Source: an uncultured Mollicutes bacterium (GTDB lineage: Bacteria; Bacillota_I; Bacilli_A; RFN20; CAG-288). Taken from it: 64,000 nucleotides of DNA. Positions 47,850 to 56,208 of this stretch are shown here, piece by piece; the stretch's first letter is position 1; each line of letters begins with the position of its first letter. The stretch covers positions 10,477-74,476 of the forward strand of contig UQDS01000003.1 of NCBI GenBank assembly GCA_900539865.1, in the 5' to 3' direction. A program made the translations under genes and the position numbers. The notes beneath the pieces were generated by a model. The model saw only the letters and a program-made list of their open reading frames with translations. It ran no database searches and was not told the DNA's origin.

Positions 47850-48800
47850 TTATTTCTTTTTTTCGGGTTTAAACATTTTTAAAAAATCTTTACATGAAAT
47901 ATAAGAGAATTCTTTTTCCTTGTCTTTTAAATTGAGATGATCTTTTGTTTTTTTATCTAAAACAACAACAAAATCCGCAGAATAAGGATCGCCGCAAGGA
48001 ATTCCTCCCATCTTCATAAATTCTTTTTTCCAGGAGAGTGCATCCTGCATATAAATCCCTAGAATACGATAACTGAAGAAGAACTTTTTATTCCAAAAAG
48101 CTGCGTTATAATGCTCTAAATTACTGGCATAATTCAGCATATAAAATTCTTTAATCAATTTTTGATTCGTCTTTTTCTTTTCCTTTTGTTGCTGCTTTTC
48201 TTTTAAGATACGCAAAAAATGATCTGTGTCATCTTGGCAATCTTTAAATTCTTCCAACATGGTTTTCACATCCATTTTTTTCTCTTCTAAAATCCCTTTT
48301 AACACTTCCATAGACATCAAGGAATCATCATCTGATCGATGATAAACAAAAGAGGGAACATGAAAATATTCCACTAGATGATCTAAACCGGAAGCGTTTT
48401 TTCTCTGGTAGATTTCTTGTTCGAATTTTTGAATGTCAAAAAAAGAGAAACGGATGATAGGAAGGCCATAACGGTTGCAAGTATAAGTGATGTAATTGAC
48501 ATCTTGATGAACCGCAAAACCAAAACAAATATTATTTTCATCTTCCAAGAGCCTTTTTATCTCATCATAATAATGAGGAAAAATAAACGCTCTTTTAAAT
48601 TTAAATAAAGGATAAGCTAATTTGATTCCTTTTCCTGTCTTTGCATTTCCTAAAAGGAATTTAGCGTTAGGGTCGATTAAGATATCCTTCTTTTTCAACA
48701 CCTGAAAATTTTCATCGGTCTTTACAAAGCCGAAGGAACACATCTTACCTTCACCATTGAGGCAATTTGCACACTCAACATCAAAGAAAACATAATTCAT
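47850..48800 (-). CDS. DEDDh 3'-5' exonuclease (DnaQ-like) with a BRCT-like C-terminal domain
   Basis: 316 aa. ExoI FFDVECAN, ExoII GFAVHQDVNYI, ExoIII HRSDDDSLMSMEV. The C-terminus reads GGIP...ADFVVVLDKKTK...ISCKDFLKMF, which looks BRCT-like. Confidence 0.7.
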   Translation of the reverse strand: MNYVFFDVECANCLNGEGKMCSFGFVKTDENFQVLKKKDILIDPNAKFLLGNAKTGKGIKLAYPLFKFKRAFIFPHYYDEIKRLLEDENNICFGFAVHQDVNYITYTCNRYGLPIIRFSFFDIQKFEQEIYQRKNASGLDHLVEYFHVPSFVYHRSDDDSLMSMEVLKGILEEKKMDVKTMLEEFKDCQDDTDHFLRILKEKQQQKEKKKTNQKLIKEFYMLNYASNLEHYNAAFWNKKFFFSYRILGIYMQDALSWKKEFMKMGGIPCGDPYSADFVVVLDKKTKDHLNLKDKEKEFSYISCKDFLKMFKPEKKK

Positions 48801-48882
48801 ACATCTTTATTGTACCTAGTATCTATTTCATTTCAAGCAAAGATTTATTGTCACAGCAATATTTATCCGCTAAAATGTATTC

Positions 48883-49542
48883 ATGTATAAAAAAGATTTA
48901 TTTCAAGGTATTAAAGCCTGCATTTTTGATTTAGACGGAACCCTAGTGGACTCTTTAAGAATTTGGAAAGATATCGACATTAGATTCTTTCAAGAACATC
49001 AGCGTGAAGTACCTCCTGATTATGATAAAAGAATAGCTCACATGAACTTCATGGAAATGGCCGTTTTCACCAAAGAAGAATACGGTTTTCAAGAAACACC
49101 CGAAGAAATTGCTAAGATATGGACAGATTGGTCAGAAGAAGCCTATCAAAAGACAATCAAAGCAAAACCGGGTGCAAAGGAGTTGCTCTCTTATATTAAA
49201 GAACTTCCTCTCCCCATTTCTTTAGCCACGACAAATAAGAGAGAGCTTTATGAACCATGCTTAAAAAACAATCAAATGTGGCAATATTTTGATTATTCAA
49301 TGAACGTCAACGAAATTAACAGTAAAAAGAGTGAACCAAAAATCTATTTGCTTTTGGCTGAAAAAATGAATGTAAAACCAGAAGAATGTCTTGTGTTTGA
49401 AGATATCTATACCGCTGTAAAAACCGCTCATGATGCCGGCTTTAAAGTCGCGGCCGTTTTCGATGAAGGAAATTTAGATGATATGGATAAAATTAAAGAA
49501 TCATCTGATTTTTTCATTCAATCATATAGTGATTTAAAATAA
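48883..49542 (+). CDS. HAD-IA family hydrolase (beta-phosphoglucomutase/phosphatase-like)
   Basis: 219 aa with motif I IFDLDGTLVDS, motif II ATTN and motif IV FEDIYTAV. Confidence 0.85.
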   Translation: MYKKDLFQGIKACIFDLDGTLVDSLRIWKDIDIRFFQEHQREVPPDYDKRIAHMNFMEMAVFTKEEYGFQETPEEIAKIWTDWSEEAYQKTIKAKPGAKELLSYIKELPLPISLATTNKRELYEPCLKNNQMWQYFDYSMNVNEINSKKSEPKIYLLLAEKMNVKPEECLVFEDIYTAVKTAHDAGFKVAAVFDEGNLDDMDKIKESSDFFIQSYSDLK

Positions 49543-49739
49543 ACGAATAATAAAAAGAATCAACTTTAAAAAATGATAACAAAGTGTTGTAGCTAGAATG
49601 CATTCTAACTCTCTTCTCAACAGATCATTGGAAAAGTTTTTCTTTTTTTAATGAAAATGATATTCGAACTTCTTTTTCTCGTGTTTTTTACACAGTTGTA
49701 GAACAACAAATATATTTCTTTTAACAAACCGAATTATCA

Positions 49740-49768
49740 TTGTTATTACTATAGTAATTAAATATAAT
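49740..49768 (+). promoter_or_regulatory. Sigma-A promoter driving the riboswitch and ATPase
   Basis: TTGTTA (49740-49745), a 17-nt spacer, then TATAAT (49763-49768). The aptamer begins ~10 nt downstream. Confidence 0.55.
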
Positions 49769-49778
49769 AGTTGAGTAA

Positions 49779-49883
49779 TTAATTGCGGGAGTAATTGATA
49801 AACCAACATTCGTCAGCACGCAACCTGAATAGGTTGACCGGATGTTGTCCGTTATCCTTTGATACGGCAATGAGACCAATTAA
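49779..49883 (+). promoter_or_regulatory. yybP-ykoY (Mn2+) riboswitch aptamer
   Basis: P1 pairs UUAAUUG (49779-85) with CAAUUAA (49877-83). The conserved CGGGAGUA and GCAAUGAGACC flank a four-way junction. P2 pairs CAACAUUC with GGAUGUUG. P3 pairs CAACC with GGUUG and includes GUUGAC. P4 pairs CCGUUAUC with GAUACGG. The layout matches the L. lactis/B. subtilis yybP-ykoY motif as I recall it. Confidence 0.7.
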
Positions 49884-49900
49884 TCTGAAAGGATAATTGC

Positions 49901-52759
49901 ATGAAAGAAAGCAATGAAACACCGAAGTTAACGCAAGAACCTTTTTCCGCTCACTCTAAAAGCGTAAAAGAGGTCAGCGAACACTTCAACACAGATCCTG
50001 AGAAAGGTTTGACCTCGGAAGAAGCAAGCAAGCGTCTTGCTGACTACGGTCCAAACAAACTCCAGGAAGGAAAGAAGACCCCTTTCATCATCAAGTTCTT
50101 AAAACAATTCGTAGAACCGATGGTCATCGTTCTTCTGATTGCCGCAGCGATCTCTCTTTCTATCTTCGTCGTCAAAGGTGTGACAAACCTCAGCAATGGT
50201 TTAGGATTTACCGCCGATGAAAACACTGAATACATCGACGCTATTGTCATTCTTGCCATTGTCATCATCAACGCCTTAATCGGCGCCATCCAAGAACAGA
50301 AGGCAGAACAATCGTTAGAGGCGCTAAAGAAGCTCTCTACTCCTATGTGCACTGTCAAAAGAGACGACAAGCTCTTCACCATCAAAAGTGAAGAATTGGT
50401 CCCTGGCGACATTGTTGTCTTAGAAGAAGGCAGCATCATCCCTGCTGACTTACGTCTCACTGTCACTGTCGACATGAAGAGCGATGAATCTTCTCTCACT
50501 GGTGAATCTGTCCCTGTGGAAAAGACAGGTAATGTCATCTTAGAAGAAGATACTGTCACAGCAGAAAAAGAAAACATCGCATTCTCCTCCTGTCCGATTT
50601 CTTACGGAAGAGGTGAAGGTATTGTTGTCGGAACCGGTATGAATACCGAAGTCGGTAAGATTGCATCTATGCTTACCGAAGAAAATGACGATGAAACTCC
50701 TCTTCAGAAAAAGTTGGCTGTTTTATCAAAACAATTAGGACTTATTTGTCTCTTTGTTGTCATTGCCACATTCTTAGTTGGCACCATTTGGAACATCATT
50801 CACTGCTTCCAGATGGAAGGCGGATTTAGTTGGACGGAATTCGGATGGCAAACGCTCGATATGTTTGAAGAATCGATTGCCTTGGCTGTCGCTGCTATTC
50901 CGGAAGGATTATCTGCTATTGTCACCATCGCTTTAGCGCTCGGTGTCAACAAGATGGTCAAAGTCAACACAATTGTTAGAAAACTCCCTTCTGTCGAAAC
51001 TTTAGGTAGTGTCACTGTAGTCTGCTCTGATAAGACTGGTACCCTCACCCAAAACAGAATGACTGTCAAAAAGGTCTATGTCAACGGCAAAACCGATGAC
51101 GTTGAAAACTTCAGTCTCGAAACTCCCGAAGTCAACCTTTTAGTTAAAGGTATGATGCTTTGCTCTAACGCATCTATCTCCGGCGACCGCTATGGTGACC
51201 CGACAGAAATCGCTTTATTAGATCACGCTCGTCTCTATCACATCGAAAAAGAAGAGACAGAAAAAACAGAACAACCTCGTATCGATGAGCTTCCCTTTGA
51301 CTCTGTTAGAAAGATGATGTCTGTTGAAAACAAAATCGGTGACAGACGTATCATCTACACCAAAGGTGCTCTCGACTCTATCTTAAAGCACACCGAATAC
51401 ATTCAAATCGACGGCGCGGTTCGTCCGATTACCCAAGAAGATATCGATGCCATCAACGCCGCTTCTAAAGAGATGGCTTCTCAAGCATTCCGTGTCTTAG
51501 CCTTTGCCTATCGTTATCATGAAGATAATGAAAGAATGAGCGAAGAACACCTTGTTTATGTCGGCATGGTCGGTATGATCGACCCGGAAAGAAAAGAAGC
51601 AGGTCCGGCAGTCAGCAAATTCAAAGAAGCTGGCATCCGCACAGTCATGATCACCGGCGACCACAAAGATACCGCCTTTGCTATCGCTAGCAATTTAGGA
51701 ATTGCTGACGATATTTCTCAGTGTTGCTCTGGCGATGAGTTGAACGCACTGACAGAAGAAGAACTCCAAGAAAGAGTTGCTCATACTAATGTCTTTGCTC
51801 GTGTCTCTCCTGAAAATAAAGTTCAAATCGTCAAAGCCTTAAAAGCCAACGGAAACATCGTTTCTATGACTGGTGATGGTGTCAATGACGCACCTTCTCT
51901 CCGCGCTGCCGATATCGGTATTGCTATGGGTATCACCGGCACCGATGTTGCCAAATCCGCAGCAGATATGGTTCTTACCGATGATAACTTCGCCTCTATT
52001 GAAAAAGCAGTAGAAGAAGGTCGTGGTATCTTCTCCAACGTTAAAAAAGCGATTTTCTATCTCTTATCCAGTAACTTCGGCGAAGTCATTGTCATGTTCT
52101 TAACCATCATCTTAGGTTTCCCAACTCCTCTTGCTACCTTACAAATCCTTTGGATCAACTTGATTACTGACTCTCTTCCGGCCATCACCTTAAGTATGGA
52201 TGCAAAAGAAAAAGATATCATGCATCGTAAACCGCGCGATCCGAAAGACGGCGTCTTCTCACACGGTGGTTTCGCCTTCACCTTCGGTTATGGTGTCTTG
52301 ATCTTCATTGTCACCTTCATCGCTTATCTCATCCCTGGCATTTTAGCCTTTACAGGATCTACATTGCCCTTTGCTCCCCAAGTTGATGTCGCCTTTGAAC
52401 AAAGCTATACCGGATTCATCGAATGTCTCAACAACGCTGAAGTTTATCGCGAATCCCAGACTTGGGCATTCACAGTCTTAGGCATGTCGCAAATCTTCCA
52501 CATGATCGGTATGACCGATATCAAGAGAAGCTTTATCCATGTCTTCAAAGACGGAAACTGGATGTTAGCTGTCTCCTTTGTCTTAGGCTTTGCTCTCCAA
52601 ATTGCCGTTACGGAAGTTCCGTTCTTGACACAAGCTTTCTCCACCACCGCCCTTTCTTGGCAAGAGTGGTTCATCTTAGCTGCGATGGCTTCTGCTCCGT
52701 TGATCGCCCACGAAATCATGGCACCGATCTTCCGCAAGAAGAACGCACAGATCATCTAA
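49901..52759 (+). CDS. P2-type cation-transporting ATPase (Ca2+/Mn2+ efflux, PMCA/SERCA-like)
   Basis: 952 aa with TGES, the phosphorylation site CSDKTGTLTQN, MITGDH, the hinge TGDGVNDAPSL and 10 predicted TM segments. Confidence 0.93.
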   Translation: MKESNETPKLTQEPFSAHSKSVKEVSEHFNTDPEKGLTSEEASKRLADYGPNKLQEGKKTPFIIKFLKQFVEPMVIVLLIAAAISLSIFVVKGVTNLSNGLGFTADENTEYIDAIVILAIVIINALIGAIQEQKAEQSLEALKKLSTPMCTVKRDDKLFTIKSEELVPGDIVVLEEGSIIPADLRLTVTVDMKSDESSLTGESVPVEKTGNVILEEDTVTAEKENIAFSSCPISYGRGEGIVVGTGMNTEVGKIASMLTEENDDETPLQKKLAVLSKQLGLICLFVVIATFLVGTIWNIIHCFQMEGGFSWTEFGWQTLDMFEESIALAVAAIPEGLSAIVTIALALGVNKMVKVNTIVRKLPSVETLGSVTVVCSDKTGTLTQNRMTVKKVYVNGKTDDVENFSLETPEVNLLVKGMMLCSNASISGDRYGDPTEIALLDHARLYHIEKEETEKTEQPRIDELPFDSVRKMMSVENKIGDRRIIYTKGALDSILKHTEYIQIDGAVRPITQEDIDAINAASKEMASQAFRVLAFAYRYHEDNERMSEEHLVYVGMVGMIDPERKEAGPAVSKFKEAGIRTVMITGDHKDTAFAIASNLGIADDISQCCSGDELNALTEEELQERVAHTNVFARVSPENKVQIVKALKANGNIVSMTGDGVNDAPSLRAADIGIAMGITGTDVAKSAADMVLTDDNFASIEKAVEEGRGIFSNVKKAIFYLLSSNFGEVIVMFLTIILGFPTPLATLQILWINLITDSLPAITLSMDAKEKDIMHRKPRDPKDGVFSHGGFAFTFGYGVLIFIVTFIAYLIPGILAFTGSTLPFAPQVDVAFEQSYTGFIECLNNAEVYRESQTWAFTVLGMSQIFHMIGMTDIKRSFIHVFKDGNWMLAVSFVLGFALQIAVTEVPFLTQAFSTTALSWQEWFILAAMASAPLIAHEIMAPIFRKKNAQII

Positions 52760-52760
52760 C

Positions 52761-52819
52761 AAAAAACAGCCCTTGGAATTCTCTGCTGTCAAAGGCAGAT
52801 TATTCCGGGCTGCTTTTTT
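52761..52819. terminator. Bidirectional terminator between the ATPase gene and the giant-paralog operon
   Basis: AAAAAACAGCCCTTGGAA...TTCCGGGCTGCTTTTTT, with an inner CTGC/GCAG stem. Confidence 0.6.
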
Positions 52820-55800
52820 ATTGCTTGATTAAAATCTTTTTTGCTTTGACTTCTACAAGCTTTTGCAAAACGAAGAAAAAGAAACGAAGTATATATGAAA
52901 GCAGATCTTGAGCTTTATCAAAGTCAGCTTCTTTCTCTAAATGTAAACGATCCATCAGCACGCTGTAATACTTTGTCAACTCAGCGATGCTTTTCTTTTG
53001 ACGATAGGCAAAGTTCAAAGAGTGATAAATGATTTTAGAATCTTCTTGATACATCAAAAGCAACAGCTTTTTTGCGCGATAAATCAACTCTGTTTCTTCT
53101 GTACAGATTTTGATTTGTTCACTGTAAGAATGCACTAAAAACTCATACATGACTTCATCGGGAAGAAGATAGTGCTTTGTATCTCCGCTCAGTTCTTCCG
53201 CAAGCTTTACATCGATATCATCCAATTCTTCAAAAAGTTCTCTTTTATCTTTCTCCTGCTCTATCGTCGCTCCTTCTAACGCCGGATAAACATAGGATGT
53301 AGGTGCAAGATAAAGACCTTCCTTTACCAGAAGATTTCTCACTTGCATACTATCATAAATCGCATTGAATTGCGGTTGATATAAGCGCGAGAAGCGACCG
53401 GCGTAGGGTAAGCTTTCCTCCGGATATTCTTCGTCGATAAAAGTAAAGTGCTTTTCTAGGTCTTTCTTTGTCAATCTGCGCTTTCTCTTTTTCATCACCG
53501 AGAATAACTCTTTGTAAAAACAATAGGGAATTCCCGTGCTGACAAGGCGTGATACAACGTCTTCTAACGAAGGTGATTCCTGTTGAATTCTATCATTAAA
53601 ACAAGAATTAATAACAAACAACAAAGCTTCCTTGTCACGATTTAAAAACGAAAATTCTTTTCCATCTTTGCTATAAGCATTAAAAATTCTGCCTGGCATA
53701 ACATAGATTTTTCCAAACTTATCAAAGAAATGAACATAATAATCAAGATATGATTTCGGATCTTCTTTCACACCGGTTATATATTCTTCAAAGATGGTTT
53801 GATAGTAAAATATCAAAGCATATACCAATTTATCCTGTGTCGAGGTGGCTTCCTGAAAACTTGCTTTATTCATCAGGAAATCACTTGTTCGTTCTATGTT
53901 GTCTATTGTGAGATTTTCCTGTTCTTGGTTTGGTAAGATCTCTTTTAAAAATGCAATTTCATTTATTGGATTAAGCAAAGAGCTCACCCGTTTTGGAAGC
54001 GCAGTTTTATTTACAAAAAAGTTCAATCCGCTCGGGGGTTGCAAGAAAAAGATTCCCTGCGCTAAGCCTGGATAAACATATTGAGATAACACTTTAAAGT
54101 ACGGATCGTTTTTAAGAAAGAGCTGATGATCTTTACGCTCAAAGATAGAAATACCTTTTTCAAAGAAAACATCGCTTTTAGAAACACAATCAGGCAATCC
54201 AAAGAATTCTGTTAAAGTTCCATTGTGTTTCGACATTTGGAATTCGTTTCCGTAGAATACAAATGTCATTGGAAACTGACCATCTTTAAAAAGGCGTTGC
54301 GAATAGATTTCTTTCAATGCTCCTATTCTATCTTCATCTTGACTGTCCATATAGAAGAAATCTTTGTTTTTGTAAACGACAAAGTTTCTTCCTAAGTTTA
54401 CAAGAGGGAAATTTAAATAAGGGTCATAAAAAGAATCCATGCGGAAAGAAGTCATTTTTTGGTTGAATTTTATCCCTTCGTTGTAAAGATATTTCCCGCT
54501 TTCTTGATCAAACATTTGCATAGTGATGATATAAAACAACATCGCAAAATCAGAAAATTCTAAATCTTCACTTTCAGGGCATTGATAAAAAGCTTCTTTG
54601 ATTGTATAGCCATCTTTCATCAACGAAAAGAGACGCTCAAAAAGAGGTATGATATTATTTTCATCTTGCTTTGAGATTTTCTCTACTACTTGAATGATGG
54701 CAGCATGATCCGATTGTCCTTGTAAAAGATAGGTGATAAAGTCCGTTAAGGAGGACTGAATTCTCTTTGCGTTTCCTCTAGTTAAATCAAGGAAGCTTTG
54801 CTTCTTACCAGTATAAACAAAGAAAAAATCTGTGTTGAAACGATTCCCTAAACAAAAAGAGTAGTTATAAAATAAACCGTTTGTATTTTTTAAATAACGA
54901 GCGATATTGCCTTCTTTTAATCCTTCCGAACTTGTGAGACCATCTCTCGAGATACATGGTAAAACAATACCACAATCACGATAGCTTCCTTCTTCGCTTT
55001 CAAAAGGAAGCAAAGACAACATCTGCGATGCATTGCCACGCATAAAATCGAATTTTTTCAAATACTCATAAGCAGGATAAGGAAGACCCATCATTTTTAA
55101 AAATACATGTGGCATGTAAGCAAATTCTAAATGGCGATCAAAATACTTTTTCACCGTGTCAAAAGCTAACATCATCTTCTTTTTATCCCCTTCTAAAAGG
55201 ACATAAGATTCTGGGTAATAATCGCAAACAACCTGATCTTCCTCTTTGCGGAAGTGATGATAATCAATGCCAAACATATCAAAAGACAAACCGTAATACA
55301 CGTAACCAAAATAAGCACCTGGTGTTTTTAAGTCATGATCTAAAATATCAATAGATAACAAAGATTCAAACTGATATTCTTTGTAGAAAAATTCGTTGAT
55401 CAATTTTCTTGCTATGGATAAAAAGTAGCGTCTCATGCAAAGTCTGAATTCTTTTTCGGGCAGATCTTTTGCGATAGAATCCAGTGGTTCAAATGCGATA
55501 CGAACTTGTTCTTCTAAAGATAAGCTCTCCATTCTACCAAAAGTTCTTTTAAAAGCAACTCTATTAAAAATATATGGATTTGTACAAAAGTCCATAAAGA
55601 GCTTTACTGAATTTTCTTTGTTTTTTAACAAATAAGGTAATAGTTTTTCAACATCGATACGAACCGGATAATAATTAAAATTATCCGCTTCTGGGTTGAG
55701 AACTCTCTCTAAATTTTGTAAGAAGAACCCTTTAGAAATAAGATAGTTTATGCACCCGATCAACGCATATCTATCGCTATATAGAATTTTAGGATTGTTG

Positions 55801-56204
55801 TCCTCTTTATCTAAGAATCCATAACCGCGATTTAAGCCTTCTTCAAAGTGAATGCGCGATAGAATCTCCGCGGGCGGGATAGAAAATACATCCTTGCTCG
55901 TTTTACTTGTTCTTGTTAAAAGAGAAGAAGGCAAACCTAACACTTGTGATAAAACCTCTTGTACTGCTTCTGTTGTCTTCATCGTCTGGTTGTTGTTTGT
56001 GAAAATAGGATAATATTCTTTGCTGAAAAATTTCTCGTAAAAACGGATACGCTCCACCAGCGATTCTTTGTCTTCTATCGCCATATGAAATACGCCGACA
56101 TCATCTAAATAAGCATCGTAAAAAGCGCCAGAGAATTCTTTTTTATATTTTGTGTCGTGGCTAAAGGAAATATCTGTTGTGAATAATTGTGCTGTAAATT
56201 CCAT
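52818..56204 (-). CDS. Giant orphan protein B (1,128 aa), paralog of the upstream gene; four ~270-aa repeats; function unknown
   Basis: Uninterrupted 3.4-kb ORF starting 4 nt after the upstream stop. Homologous to protein A along its length. Recurring GLP-centred motif at aa 90, 373, 669 and 891. No signal peptide, TM segment or known catalytic motif. Confidence 0.7.
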   Translation of the reverse strand: MEFTAQLFTTDISFSHDTKYKKEFSGAFYDAYLDDVGVFHMAIEDKESLVERIRFYEKFFSKEYYPIFTNNNQTMKTTEAVQEVLSQVLGLPSSLLTRTSKTSKDVFSIPPAEILSRIHFEEGLNRGYGFLDKEDNNPKILYSDRYALIGCINYLISKGFFLQNLERVLNPEADNFNYYPVRIDVEKLLPYLLKNKENSVKLFMDFCTNPYIFNRVAFKRTFGRMESLSLEEQVRIAFEPLDSIAKDLPEKEFRLCMRRYFLSIARKLINEFFYKEYQFESLLSIDILDHDLKTPGAYFGYVYYGLSFDMFGIDYHHFRKEEDQVVCDYYPESYVLLEGDKKKMMLAFDTVKKYFDRHLEFAYMPHVFLKMMGLPYPAYEYLKKFDFMRGNASQMLSLLPFESEEGSYRDCGIVLPCISRDGLTSSEGLKEGNIARYLKNTNGLFYNYSFCLGNRFNTDFFFVYTGKKQSFLDLTRGNAKRIQSSLTDFITYLLQGQSDHAAIIQVVEKISKQDENNIIPLFERLFSLMKDGYTIKEAFYQCPESEDLEFSDFAMLFYIITMQMFDQESGKYLYNEGIKFNQKMTSFRMDSFYDPYLNFPLVNLGRNFVVYKNKDFFYMDSQDEDRIGALKEIYSQRLFKDGQFPMTFVFYGNEFQMSKHNGTLTEFFGLPDCVSKSDVFFEKGISIFERKDHQLFLKNDPYFKVLSQYVYPGLAQGIFFLQPPSGLNFFVNKTALPKRVSSLLNPINEIAFLKEILPNQEQENLTIDNIERTSDFLMNKASFQEATSTQDKLVYALIFYYQTIFEEYITGVKEDPKSYLDYYVHFFDKFGKIYVMPGRIFNAYSKDGKEFSFLNRDKEALLFVINSCFNDRIQQESPSLEDVVSRLVSTGIPYCFYKELFSVMKKRKRRLTKKDLEKHFTFIDEEYPEESLPYAGRFSRLYQPQFNAIYDSMQVRNLLVKEGLYLAPTSYVYPALEGATIEQEKDKRELFEELDDIDVKLAEELSGDTKHYLLPDEVMYEFLVHSYSEQIKICTEETELIYRAKKLLLLMYQEDSKIIYHSLNFAYRQKKSIAELTKYYSVLMDRLHLEKEADFDKAQDLLSYILRFFFFVLQKLVEVKAKKILIKQ

Positions 56205-56208
56205 CGTA

